DNA of 64,000 nucleotides from Lytechinus pictus (taxonomy: Eukaryota). The position numbers and the translations under genes are program-made. The stretch spans positions 7,752,001-7,816,000 of the forward strand of contig NC_087246.1 of NCBI RefSeq assembly GCF_037042905.1. The letters run 5' to 3'. Shown here piece by piece: positions 13,775 to 27,400 of the stretch. Position 1 is the stretch's first letter. Each line of letters opens with the position of its first letter. A model generated the notes under the pieces. That model saw nothing but the letters and a program-made list of their open reading frames with translations, was not told the DNA's origin and searched no databases.

Positions 13775-13810
13775 GCCTGAATGATGTCCTGAACTGGCGT
13801 AGTGTAGCAA
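13775..13810 (-). mobile_element. Displaced 5' stub of the same L2 LINE (CYTTPVQDIIQA)
   Basis: Joined at the TSD it reads CYTTPVQDIIQA-HGFSTMIYADDTQL, the typical RT segment before YADD. Confidence 0.8.
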
Positions 13811-16800
13811 TAGGTACCAATATGGGGATTTATTCTGAGGCCATTTCATCTTTATTTTGTTAGATTCTATCTAGATTACTGTTCATCTCTCTCATAAAAT
13901 TTTATTTGTAACTAAGATAAATTGTTAGATTTTAGGTTTGGCTTAACATGCAGATTTTACTTGGAGCAATTGTTGCCGGAGCAAATGTCATGGAACCAAT
14001 ATTGACATCTTACAAAAGACGATAGATTTGCTATAATTCCAAAAGAATTCCCAGGAATGATGCATTAGTGCATATGTGAAAGCACGCTTGAAATTGATAT
14101 GTTGACACTCTCCCTCCTTTGCCACATCTGATAGAAAGGATTTTCATTGGATGAATGAGATGGGAGTGCTATAGAACAGCCATTCTTGTTATATATTGCT
14201 TCATAAAAAGGCATGCCTTACAGAGATTTTTAAAATGAGAGATTTATCTGATATAACATGGATACCAGAACACAACAACTGTATTTGATGACTCTTGGCA
14301 ATGATTCATAGAAGTTATGCCACAGAGAAATTATAATTCAGTCATGTTCAAATAAGATTAGATAATTCTAATACTTTCAACATTCTGTTTGAATATTATG
14401 CATGCCACGTGTTTGTCTGCACTTTGACCGACCACAAATAAAGTTCAATCCTCTTCCTGAATGAGCAATTGGGACATGATTTTTCTGATTTTGGAAGAAA
14501 ACAATAGTGAACGCTCATTTGTTCACTAAAATGTTGTAGTGCGACAAGAAACATAAAAAATGACACTAAACATGACGAGTACAAAAAAATATTTGCATCT
14601 TTTGATAATAGATATATAGCAACAACATTTCTGTTGGGCTTTTTTTATTCAATTTCAATTAACAAACATATTATTCAGTTATTTCTTCTGAAACATACAA
14701 CATAACCCAATAAACTCCCCTCCCACCTAACATAATTATGTCATACCTATGCAAATACACAATGACTTGACATATACAATTGATATAGCCTATTTTAGAT
14801 GTATTGTAAAGATAGTACGTTTTAGCCTGGCGATGCATATTCTTATTTCATGTCCACAAAATACATGGTTATCTTCAACTTGGGATAACTCAGGTGTCTT
14901 GTATATTACAATCTTTCTATTTATGATAGAAACTATATTCATAACAGTCACTATGGCAAAGATGCTACAGGGTATCCAAGAAAAAAGTGAAGTCACACAG
15001 TATAAAGGAAAAATAGACTGTGGCTAACAAATGAAACAAACAATGCACATTCAACCACGGTGCACTGAAGGCAACATGATTATATAAAAAAAGTGGGTGA
15101 GAAAAAATTATTTATTTTAACACAATATAGACATTGGTGGAGGGATGTTACATTTAGGTAGGATATAATATGTCTATGAACATATTTCACAAGGTATGCA
15201 TGTATGATACTAAATACATGCATATTAAGGACAACTGACACACAAGAAATAGAATATGTATCTCATTGAAATTGAAATACAGCCCCCAGAATGCATACAT
15301 GCATGTCTTAACAATCCATTTGCTTTAGAAATCTTTAATTTTGCAGTACTGTGTACAATACCTTATATTTCACTGTGCATAGAATGAAAAAAAAAAACAT
15401 CTCTTGAAAATTATGAGGAAAAATATGTCAAATAAGTTGGCATTTAACAGCTATTTCTTATTTTCATTAATTCACAAGTAAAACATAAATAACCCCGATA
15501 ATATCACAATCACATATCCCCATGGTCACTGCAGCTCTTGAAAATGCTGCATTGTCATACATGTGATGCTATATATACAGACATAGTCCACAAAGTCAAA
15601 TCTAGGTTATTTTCTTGGCCTACCCTAAGTTTCTAAAGATACATGCCCTGATGAAGGGAGGGGGGGGGGCAGGCAGGAGAAAGGACAAGGGGGCATGATT
15701 GATGACATATCAATGTATAGCAACAGACTTGTTCATAAGAATCATAGGTTGAGTCAAGTTACAGCAATGTTTTCCTTTGGCAAGATGCTAGTCTACATTT
15801 CCCATACTCAACCCAGGTGGAGTAATTAAAGAGTGATTCTGATATATACTCTACAAGAAGCAATTGTGGAGTGTCATGAGTGTATAGGACAGACAATGGA
15901 ATTGTACAAGAGCTCAATTATTCATTTCTTAACATATTATTAATGCGAGTGGTTCATCACGTAGAGAAGCAGGGTGTGCTGTACAAAGGAGTACAATTAT
16001 CATGGAAGCGCTTCTTAACAAGAAGACAATCAAGATCAATCATTTAGAAATAAAAGTCAGCACCAAGAAGATGCACACAAACATAAAAACCAATTGATAT
16101 ACTACAGAATAAAAAGAGACTTGTCACCATGTACTAGTATAAAGTCTGCCATTATTTAAACAGAGATATGTATTGCAGGATCTGGATGTATGGGACAAAA
16201 GCTGCCTGCTTTATAAGAGCATGAAAAAGAGTAAGACCATACAGGTTTTGTGTGTTGTAAATCAAGACTTACTTCACATGACATAATGACCGACTAAAAT
16301 TACTATGTATCATTGGATCACAGCAGGTTAAATTGATTGCATAGAAATAACTGGGCCATGAAAATTCAAAATACAATCAATTGCACAATTCAAGTATAAC
16401 TGTCAGTCGGGGGGGGGGGGACTTAAAAAGTTAAAATCAATTGTAAGATTTGTAACGTACTCGAGAGGGTACCCATGTAAACAATTTTCAGATGCTACAT
16501 AAACAGTTTATTTGAATAACCCTATAGAAATGTTACTTTGTATCGCAAAGCATAAGATTTTAAATGATACAAATGCTGTTTCTGAACTTGAAAAGAAGTA
16601 CCGTAACATGTAAAATGTTTTTTTATACATAACTTTTTCTTGTTTATACACATATTTTCAATTAATGTTACTTTAAATTTTTGGACAAAAAATTACTCAC
16701 ATGATTTGATTTAAGAGTAGTAGGTAAAAATAGAGAATCTTGGGGAATAAATGATTATCTGCATGACCCAACATGTTAAATATGATTATATTCTCGTTTT

Positions 16801-18144
16801 TGAACAGGTCTTTTTTAATTGTCAACACTACAATTTTCTCAAAGATCGTAATTCTGTTTTTCATTAATTCCCCTTGAAAATTGAATAATTTGAAATGTTA
16901 TAAAAGTGTGAATAAGAACATAGATAATTTGCTAAAAAGATAATTCTACAACAATTTGAAAACTGATGTTTTATTCATTTTTGGATTGGAGCCTATGTGG
17001 CAAGTTTGAAATCCCCATAGATATACTGGTACTATAAGTGAAAAATAAATATTGTCTGTCCACTTGTTATCATTTGACAGCTTAGGGTTGAAAAATACCT
17101 CTGGGTTACAAACACTTCTGTATATTCGTACACACTTGGAAAACATAGTGTTAAGTAACACATTATATATAGAATGGTGGGGACTTGACATAGTAATTTG
17201 TATGTGTCACCATGTATGACCCTAGTTTGGCTAATCATCAATATCAACTGGAATTTCCGATCATGGCCATAACATAGCACTCCAATAATCTCAACCAAAA
17301 AAAAAGGATACAAGTTATCTGTCATTATAGATTACTTTGATGGACAGAATAGAACTTTGAAGGAAAAAAATAAACTATGTGTGACCTATGATTATAAATT
17401 GCAAGATATTTTACTTTCAGCTTGACATTTATGCACAAATATAATTTGAAATCAACTAGTGCATCGGTAATGATTTCAAGCTTTTCTTGTTTTTCTGCTC
17501 AAAATACTATACCGGTACCTTCACCCCCCCCTTATCTATGATCATGAATTTCATGTATTGTAAACATGAAAACAGTAATAATTCTCCGGCATTTGTTCAA
17601 ACAACTGCTACTTAAAAAGAAAATCCCATTGCGATATATTGCAAATAGGAAAAGTATTGTACAACCAAACTTTGGAGGAAAGAAATGGAAAGTGAGTATC
17701 ACAGTTTTGTATTGTGATGTAAAAAGACTTGATCTAAATCACACCATGCAGCTATATTGGATTCTCATGACAGTATGTCTAACTGGGGTACAGTGATTAT
17801 AATAAGAATTATTGCATATTAAAAAAAAACATGCAGCTATCTCACTCAGCAATACCTTGCTAAGTGTCACAGGTCCTTTGCAACCATTCACTGAATGAAT
17901 ATTTAGTACATTAAGCAAAGGACTTCATGACAGGGCTTCAATACTAACTCCTCCAGAGCTACAGGGGGTGGTATGTCTCTACAAAGCTCAATACATCACC
18001 CATATACAAGCATGGGGCGGAAGAGGAGGTGGCTATTCAATGAAGCAATGCAAGAGTAATAAAAATATGCAGTCAAACACAAAAAAGAAATTGGCAAAAA
18101 TAATAATGGATAAGAAAAAAAAAAACGCAGGGCATCCCTCATCA

Positions 18145-18402
18145 TCATGTGAAGCTTGATGAGAATGAGTTCTCCCGTCGGACGTTACGAGGTGAGGAGT
18201 TGTTACTGCCTCTTGTCTCAATCATAGATTGTGGTCGTGATCCTCCATACACCTCACTCTTGATCTCATTGATTGAAAGCTGCTCTAGACCATAGCTACT
18301 AATCTCTCGGTTGAACTCGCCTGTTTCTCTCTTTTGTCTGTCAAACAGCTTCCGTTTCCGATCTGACTTCTCCTGCTCTAGTTTGGCAGAATCTTCTTCA
18401 AT
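18145..18402 (-). CDS. TAOK1: TAO kinase terminal coding exon [26 protein letters not shown]...NSFSSSFT*
   Basis: Manual translation; acceptor ccaccag; ends in three consecutive in-frame TGA codons. Confidence 0.9.
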   Translation of the reverse strand: MEEDSAKLEQEKSDRKRKLFDRQKRETGEFNREISSYGLEQLSINEIKSEVYGGSRPQSMIETRGSNNSSPRNVRRENSFSSSFT

Positions 18403-21400
18403 CTGGTGGTGAGGTAAAACAAATAAATTTACTTATTACTTATTTTCATTTTTAATAAAACACAAAATAATAGATGTAAATATATTATAGAACAGAGTAC
18501 TGTAGCTGAGTAATCCACAAGTGTGACTTCATTAGTTTCCTCATTTGCATAAAGGCCAAGATGTGAAATGCGAAAAATAGGTAAAGTTGAAACCTAATAC
18601 CTTTCTAATAATACATCTGATTTGGATTAAATTTTCAGGGATATACTTGTTTGATATTTCTCTTTTCATTCAAATCAATTTTTAAATGTCGCAACTTTCA
18701 TTTGTATACCTGATTTCAATGAAATTTTCAGCAATATACACGTCAGGCAGGTGTTTTTCTCTATTTATCTTAATCAAATTGTTGATAGAGTGGACTTGAG
18801 CTTTGAAGTCATGACTGACATGAAGTCATTATTTTTTGCTTATGAAAGAGATCACTGTCATACACCCCTTCCTATTCATCTGTAACATAAGTTTTAAAAA
18901 AATGTTCAATAAATAGAGACATTAATGTAACCCTTTTCAGCAAATTGCATCTTTACTAGTAATAAAAAACACATACATAATTGCTTTGTGTTCCTACAGA
19001 AAGACTTTTTTTTGGGGGGGGGGGCTCACCTTAAGCTCTAGTTTAGCCCTCCTGATGGAGACTCGTTCATCAAGGTCCTTGATTTCCTTCTGATGCTGTG
19101 CCTCCTGCTGTAGCCGAGTCTTGCTCTGGTAGGCATGGAGCAGGTCCATCTCCTGGCGGAGACGTTCCTGTAGCTCATTGCACTCTTGCTCCTGGGACTG
19201 ATCCAACTTAACCTGAGAATGCATAAGATACAAATATTTCACTTTCACAAGAGGGAATTATGTTTCTTGTACTGATTACATACTACTGAGATGACTTGCT
19301 AATGAAGTAAGCCAAGGATAGTGACTCTATAAATTGGGCCCCCTACAATGAAGCTTGGCATCAGTTTTCATGATTGATTGCAGTGACCACACTTTACAAA
19401 TAACCAGTGAGAATCAATTGCATGACTGATTGCCAAGCGTTGTGTTACAAGACCCAAAACCTATATGTTGGCTTCACATCCTGTATCTTGGCTCCACGTT
19501 CCTGTATCTTTAAACATAGAACACATACACATACTGATAGATCAATCAAAATCATGAAATAAAACTACTCTAAAAATATATGACATTCCTGCCCTCTCCC
19601 TTAAAAGCATCATGTGATTAGAATACTTGAAACGAGTACTGAGAGGAAACAAGAACGTCCTCCTGAACTTTCTTCATTCTAACCAATTCACCTAAAGAAT
19701 ATCAGACAGAGGTCTTTGGGTTGATTTCATACTTTTTAGCCATAATAAAAAATTTCCAATGGATTGTTCACTTCAGGTATGCCCAGAAAAAAGGCTAACT
19801 AACTCACCGATGTTGATATATTGATTTCCTGTATGCTGAGTCTGTACTGTTCTCCTAAGATGGCCATCTTTCTTGTCTGTTCCTCTTTCATCTTCTTAAT
19901 GAACTGCTTATGTTTCTCTCGAGGCATTGTCTGTAATACCTGCTGCTGTAGGGCTTTGAACTGACGCATCTGGGTCTTGCATACTTCACTGTACTGACGC
20001 TTGATCTTCTGCTCTTTGGACTGTAGGTCAAATATTCAATAATTCTCATTTTATTTTATTCAATCGATTTGATTCTGATCCATTTGATTTGATTCCAATC
20101 TATTTGATGCCATTTGATTCATTTTCAGAAACTATGTGATTAACAGAATATTGTATCAAACAGATTTGAAGAAAAAAAAAATGTGAACCCCAAATAGGAA
20201 TGAAGCTGAAACCTCTGCCATCATGGATATAATGCTATGGAGGTGAAAATCATATCTCCGTAACTGTTGAATATTAAAGAGAATGAAAAAAATCCTGGAA
20301 TTTAATAAAATGGTAAGATGGAGCACAAAAGGGTTTGTTTTGAGATGAGATTGGATAAAGAGAGAATATTACTGTACGAGGTGAAATTTCAATGGTTTCA
20401 TTTTGCAAATTTCACAAGTTGCCTTTAAACAGCAAAAATAACAACAAAATCATAATGTTGAAAAAAAAGAGATATGCAGAAGCCAGGCAGATCGCACCAA
20501 TTCTTACAAATAGATCTGCTGACCTCAAATGTGAATGTCTATCAGAAAGGACGTACCCAACTTAGTGACTGTAAGAAAACAAACTTCTTTCAGGCATTCA
20601 TCACATTTTAATGCCTAGCTAGGATGTAATGCTTGCAGCAAGTTGCAGAGCAATTACAAATGACAGCGAACTGGTATGATCAGGCACTAACCCTAACCTA
20701 ACAACATTTAGACAATGAACAAAGTGTAATTCAGGGTAAAGAACACAATTCTATTGCCTATTGCGACAGAGCATGGACAAATGTATGTAGGATTGGAAAG
20801 TGAATGTGTGTGTGTGCGTGTGAGTGAGCGAAGGCCTGCAGGACTACTCTGATTCCAAGCATGTCAGACATACTAGTAATTGTACTGTATTTGCTGATAT
20901 CTGCCAAGCACAAATCATACTTCAGCATGGAGGTTCAGTGGGGAAAAAAAACATGTATGGGATCCATGTTAGATAAGATGGGGTATTCCAAGAGGAAAGG
21001 AACCGAAGGCATCAAGCAACACCAAGATGACATCAATGAAATAATGAACAGATTTCACAAGAGGATTGGAAGACAGGCAAGGATATGTCTGATACTCTGA
21101 TGCCCTTGTGATTAACCCTAATTCTCCCGGGGGGGGGCCATAATGGCCCCCCCCTCGACAATTTTCGCGATATATCTGCTGCGCGAAATTTTTCGACCTC
21201 GCCGCTCACTGACTTTTTACTTTCAAGTCTCGCGCAAATTTTGAGACCAAATTTGTGACGCCCCGGTATGCGGTTACAACATTACGCAACATTATGTAAG
21301 TGCATGTCAGACCCAAAATTGCTCATAAACGTGATTTCATGTACAAATCCAATGCAAATTGTGTATTTAGCCAAAATTCATTCATGTATCATTATTTCTA

Positions 21401-24400
21401 CTTTTACTGATTAAACTTAATTAATTTTGCCTTGTTTATGATCAGAATTAAGTCTGGAATGATTTCCATTGAAAAAACAATAAAAAACAAAAAGTAAAAA
21501 AACAAAGAAATACATAAGAAATTCATAAAACAATAAAATACATAAGAAATTGATTTCCAAACCGAAGATTTTTTTAATTCAGATCGTTAAGAATGCTACA
21601 AAGAATATTTTTACAAAAAATTAGCATTCTAGGAGCTTTATTTAGTGAATTAGAGCAAAAAGTATGATTTATGCATAAATTAGCATAATTAATTCATATA
21701 AAATAAAATCTCATTATTTTGGAAAATTTCACCATACAGCCTTGTAGATTACATCGCACACTACCAGCGTGCAAATTTTTGCGTCGCTAGCACGATCCGC
21801 GGCCGAGATCTTAAGGGGGGGCCATAATGGCCCCCCCCCGGGAATGACAAGAATCAAAATACCCCGGGAGATTTAGGGTTAATTTGGATCTAATTGCAGT
21901 TGAGGTGATCCTAGCATCAATAACTGGACAATTCATCCTAAGGGTGACAAGCAGATCCCAATCAAAGAGAGTGCTCTAGATGCCAACTTCCTTCCCCCAC
22001 AAGTCATCTATCAAGGCAAGACTGAATAGTGTCATCCTAATATTGATTTTCCTAATATCTGGGACATCACACATACAGATACATTAGGGCACATCGGATA
22101 GCATGATGCAATAGACTCAATCATTTGCCCCAATGTTCAGAAGACAAAGGAAAGTCTCCAATATCTGGAGGGATCCATCACACCAAGGACTTTCTGGACA
22201 AGCTCAACTATGTTGTATACATGATATGTTTCTTCCTGCTGCTTGCACAGATTTCCTCAAACCCGTTGATGTGACAGTGAACTATGTCTACAAGAGCTCT
22301 ATGTCTCCTCAAGCTCAGTTCAGCCACTGATACTCCCAAAAGATTGTTTCTTGGAAGAAAGAAGGGCTAACCATCCACAAGATTGTGACCAAGATGGATC
22401 TACGTACATCTGTGATCAAACCTAGCCATGCTTCTTTGATTTGAAGAGTCCAGGAACGCAAATGTCGCCAGTCGGATGTCATCATCAAGGGATTCCAGAT
22501 GGGCATTCTCAAATCTGTGGCAGATGCAAAGCTTCAATCTGATCCTGATATGGATAACATTGAAGCAGAAGAGGAGTATCGGTAGGACCAATAGGTCTAG
22601 ACATAAATGCCCGAGTGAGAGTTCTATCTTGTTAAACTCGTTTTCATCGGTTGTGGAGTTTTAAGAATTTTCTTGCATCAATTTCAGGGTGTTGTAGTTG
22701 GATATAAATTTAATGCAGATTTACTTTTTAAGGAATTTAATTTGACTCATTAGTTAGAATATCACTGATTGATTTAGATTTTAATATTTTAACTTGAAAT
22801 TGGAGGATTATCTGCAACAAAGGCAAGTCGAGTTGATGTTTGACGGAATGCTATCTGATGTATCCATATTACTGAGCAAATGATGGTAAGTAGAAATTTT
22901 ATGAAAATTATATTTAGCTCTTCAGATGATTTAATAGGTAGATTTTTTAAATAATCTGAATTAAAACGATCAAAATGATCATTGTGCACAGCATGTTTGT
23001 TTGCCCTTGTCTTTATTTTTATTTAAATGATCCAAATCAAACCACAAAAAAAAAAAAAAATAATAATCAATTTTCCACTGTTTTGCATACATTTAAATGT
23101 TTTCCGCATGACTTTTGAACAATTGGCAAAGACAGTGTTTGTTTTTATTTTCATTTTTTGGACCAAATTCTATAAGTTGCTATGGCTCTCTGCAATCGTG
23201 TGCCATTGTTGGCCTTCAAATTTGATTGCAAGTGTTTCTCTTTTGCAATTAAAATGTGTTGTTATTGTTGTTTTTATGACATATTTGCTGTTTAACTGTG
23301 CTCCTGCTTTGGAAGCGCAAAATTAACAATACTTGAAAATGTCCAATGAGTTCACAAACATATCTGAATACAAAAATTTCACCTCGCACAGTTTTTCATT
23401 ACGTAGTCAAAAATATTTTTATGTAAATCCCATGACCAAGGCTGTCTTTATCTACACAAATAAAATACAAATATAACCAACATAAATATGTGAAGAAACT
23501 GCAAGGATAGGATGTCATTACTAACCTTGAGTTCCTTGGGCTGTTGTTTTGCTTCAAGTGCATGTTTCTTGCGTAGGTCCTGCTGAGCTGTCTTGTTATA
23601 CTCAGCCTGGTTGGTCACCTCCGTGTTGAACTGTTTCTCCATCTGCTCTGAGCGTAAAGCCTGAATCTGCTTCATGTGACGGTATTCGATAGACTGCATC
23701 TGTTCATGGTGCCGTAGAGCCATCACATGCTCCATCTCCTTCATTACCTGTCTCCTGTGAAGCTCCTGCAATTAGAAAAAGATAGAGAGACCGTCTCAAG
23801 ACTGGGATTCATTTCGAAGTTCTTGGTAGGTTGGTTTATCAAAGTCTATCTACGCTCATCCAGGCACTGTACCCATAACATCCTGCCATGTAGAATAGAA
23901 TAGTCTTTAGACATACTTTTTATCAAACAATCAGAAATATAATGTGAATTTGGTTTAAGGATATGATGGTTATTTGATCTCTGCTGTAAAAAAAGAAGTG
24001 CCTGAAAGCATATTAAAAGTAATAACATTTTATTTTTGACAAATATTGAGGTATGATTTTAGTCAAGTTTAGAAGGAAGGTTTCCATCACTTCAAGACTA
24101 CAGTTGCATCCTCGATGATGATGCAGTGTTGCAATGAGGTTTTGAGATGGCAATGTTCAAAGAAGCATAGTAACATAGTGGCTTTACAAAATTTCGGGGG
24201 CAACTCCATAAATATGTACAGCATGTCCAACCCCCTTTATATGGAACCTTCTTATAAGTGATATGTCTCTATTTTCTACTTCATGTAAAAAGTTGTAATG
24301 CTCTCAAATTAAAATAGCTTTACAATCTGCGAGCATATCTCCTTTGGTCATGAACAATTTTCTCCCAGAATGACTTGTTTTCTCACCTCTCTTAGCTGGT

Positions 24401-27400
24401 CTTGCTCAACGGTCTGTTTGCTGAGTAGTAATTTTCCTTTGAGTTTCCTCATCTCTTTGTCTAGCCTCTGATGCTGCCTGTCCTGCAGGTCACTTTCAGC
24501 CCTCTGCTGCTCCAGATGAAGAGATTCCTTGTGTTGACGCATCTTGGCTTCATGCTCCTTCTTGGGAGTACTGTCCAACTCCTACAACAGAACCGCATTC
24601 CATTATCAAAGATTGGTTAGAACAAAAGTACAAGAACATAACTATTTTCTCACTTTTAAAGAGATTTTAAAAACGAAATGCGCCACCCGCATGTTTTGGA
24701 ATCATAACCCTCAATAATTTTCATCTTACCAATATAATTGTGTTCTTTGCAAAATATTTCATTTATTCATGTAAATACAAGAATATCAAACCCACTTTTG
24801 CTCATTTTGGTTTTGAAAAAAATTGAAACAGAGAATTTTTGCTTTTAAATGTTATTTGATGAATGTGCATTGAAAAAAGTGGAATATTGTGTATAAAATT
24901 TTTATTTATTTATTTGTTTTGAAATGTATGCAAATTTTCTTTTATTACACTGTATCTGTGTATGTGAATCTTATGTATGAAATAAGTTGAGGAATTAAAA
25001 AAATCTTGAAAAAGAAAAAAAATAAGATTAGAATACTGAGTTCTTAAAAATTTGAATGGTAACAGGGGGGAAATATAAAAAATATTTACTGTTTGTTATA
25101 ACCATTACTACTTTACAGGATGTGCAATGACTATTATATAATATAATGATAATATAGGTATATTTACCCAGGGTAGCCACTTCAGTTTCGAAAACTGTTC
25201 TACCAGCGGGCCCTGCTATTATCATTACCGTGGCTTTAGCTGAGCTGCCAAGGCGCTCAAGCATTTAAGGAATTTCTTCCTACCAGGTACCTATTCACCT
25301 CACCTGGGTTGAGTGCAGCACAATGTGGATGAGTTTCTTGCTGAAGGAAATTACGCCATGGCTGGGATTCGAACCAACGACCCTCTGTTTCAAAGTCAGA
25401 AGACTAATCCACTGGGCCACAATGCTCCACTGTACTATTGATTCATTTGACCTCCAGGGTCAATTTCAGAAAACATGATATCAATCACAAATGTGATTTA
25501 TAATTTAACAAATTTACTTTTTTTTTAAATGCTTTCAGCCAAACAACTTAGCAGGACAAAGATGTAGCATGTAACTCAACGATTACACCAAGTTCTAGAA
25601 AACCCTGGGGCTCTTTCATAAAGCCAAGTACAAACTTCTGAACAACTGTAATATGGTAACTTTACGAACAGGTTCTTGCAACACCTTCTAGATACAAATT
25701 ATATTAACAGATTGATATCTTACTCTTCTCATTTGTTCCTTGTTGTGTTTGTAATCTTTCTTCTGTTTGATCTGGAAGGCTTTTAGGTCGGATTCATGCT
25801 GGGATGTGATTGTCTTTAAGAGTTTCTTCTCCTCGCTACCTGCTGCTTTCTCCTGCAAGGCAATGGGGGGGGGGAGCAACAATAATATTGAGGGAGATAT
25901 TCTGAGAAGAGGAAATGTAAACCTGGGGGGGCGTTTCATCAATATTTTCGTCCGACAAGTTGTCAGATCTGACATCTTTCCTGAACTCTGATTGGTTGAG
26001 AAGCACTGTTACTATAGTAACTGTTGGATAAAACAGGACTTGTCGGATAAAACGTGCGATAAGTCCTTTCATGAAACGCTCCACTGGTGTGTGGCTTAAC
26101 CAACTTTATATCAGACAATGTGAAACGCACATAGTCGTTTACATCATGCTCCATAGACAAATTAAGATATAGCATGAATCACAAGTTACCATGTATGAAA
26201 TAAGTTTCTTACAAGATAAAAAGGGTGTTCCATAATGATATCCATATTAGTTCTTGCTGAAGCATATATCCAGATTAAAAAAAAACATTGCACTGGACTA
26301 CATTTAGTGTAGTAGGTTTTCACGTCACACCATGTATCTTTTATGGGCAATTGTTGGACCTGAAAAGGACCAACCAAACTCAACGTTTCGACAAGTGTGT
26401 TCTTGTCAGATACATGGTGTATCGTGAAACCTACTACAATATTCTTCTTTGCCATGGAAACCTTCAGAAGTTACATTCCTACATTTGTTAACCAACATTT
26501 GAAGTGAAAATGTTGGTTAACTCTTTGCCCGCCACGGACGACTCGCGGCACATACAGCGGACTGCCAACGACGACTCAAGTAACAGTTCGCACACAATGC
26601 ATACGGAACGCATTTAATTGTAATTGTGCGGACACACATACAATAGCGACGCGTGTATTGCATTGTTTACGAATCTAGCTTTCGTGTTATAGCTTTCGCC
26701 GACGTTGTTTACATAGAGATTTTTCGTGTAAAATTTAGTTTTTTGAACTGCTTTAGGATATAGTTTGATGAGCTAGAATAGCTTGCACTGCTTTCCTTGT
26801 AATAAAAGAATGATACAAATTGCCACCTCCCTATAACAATAAGGGGATCAAAGTATCAATAGACTGGAAGTCTCCCAGGACGGGAAGTCTATTGAGAAGT
26901 AGCCAGGGTCAATTTCAATAGAAGAGTTTAGTTCATTGTTAGTTTACCCTTTTTGAATGCCCCATTTCAATCCTAAACTGCTTAGCTCATAATGACCATA
27001 AAGACATGGATTTGGTATGTAATGAAAGCTAAAGAACACATCTTTTCAATGGACTAACGAAATTTAACCTTCATTATAGACGGGTCAATATATGGTTTGA
27101 CCCGGAACAAATTGCAACAAATGATTTTTCAACGGTATTTTGTACTTTTTGGCCTCAGGAATAACATACTAAAAATCTACCAAAATCCGCATCCGGGAAA
27201 GTGGTTATTTTCAAGATGGCGTCCAAGATGGCCGTCATTCACTAAAAATTGATATAACTCACTCAGTATCCACCCTAGAATCCTATTTAGATTCTTATTC
27301 CATGATCCAATGGGTAAAATAATTTATTTATACAAGTTAGAGTGAATATTAGCACTCCAGGGTACCAGGAAAATCCAAGATGGCGCCCAAAATGGTTGCC

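Noticed and set aside
14620..18144. TAO 3' UTR and poly(A) site
   Set aside because: Plausible, but several AATAAA-like signals exist and the end cannot be fixed without transcript data.
25355..25430. tRNA gene
   Set aside because: Boxes A and B are present but continue into a SINE body and AT-rich tail, with no clean acceptor stem.
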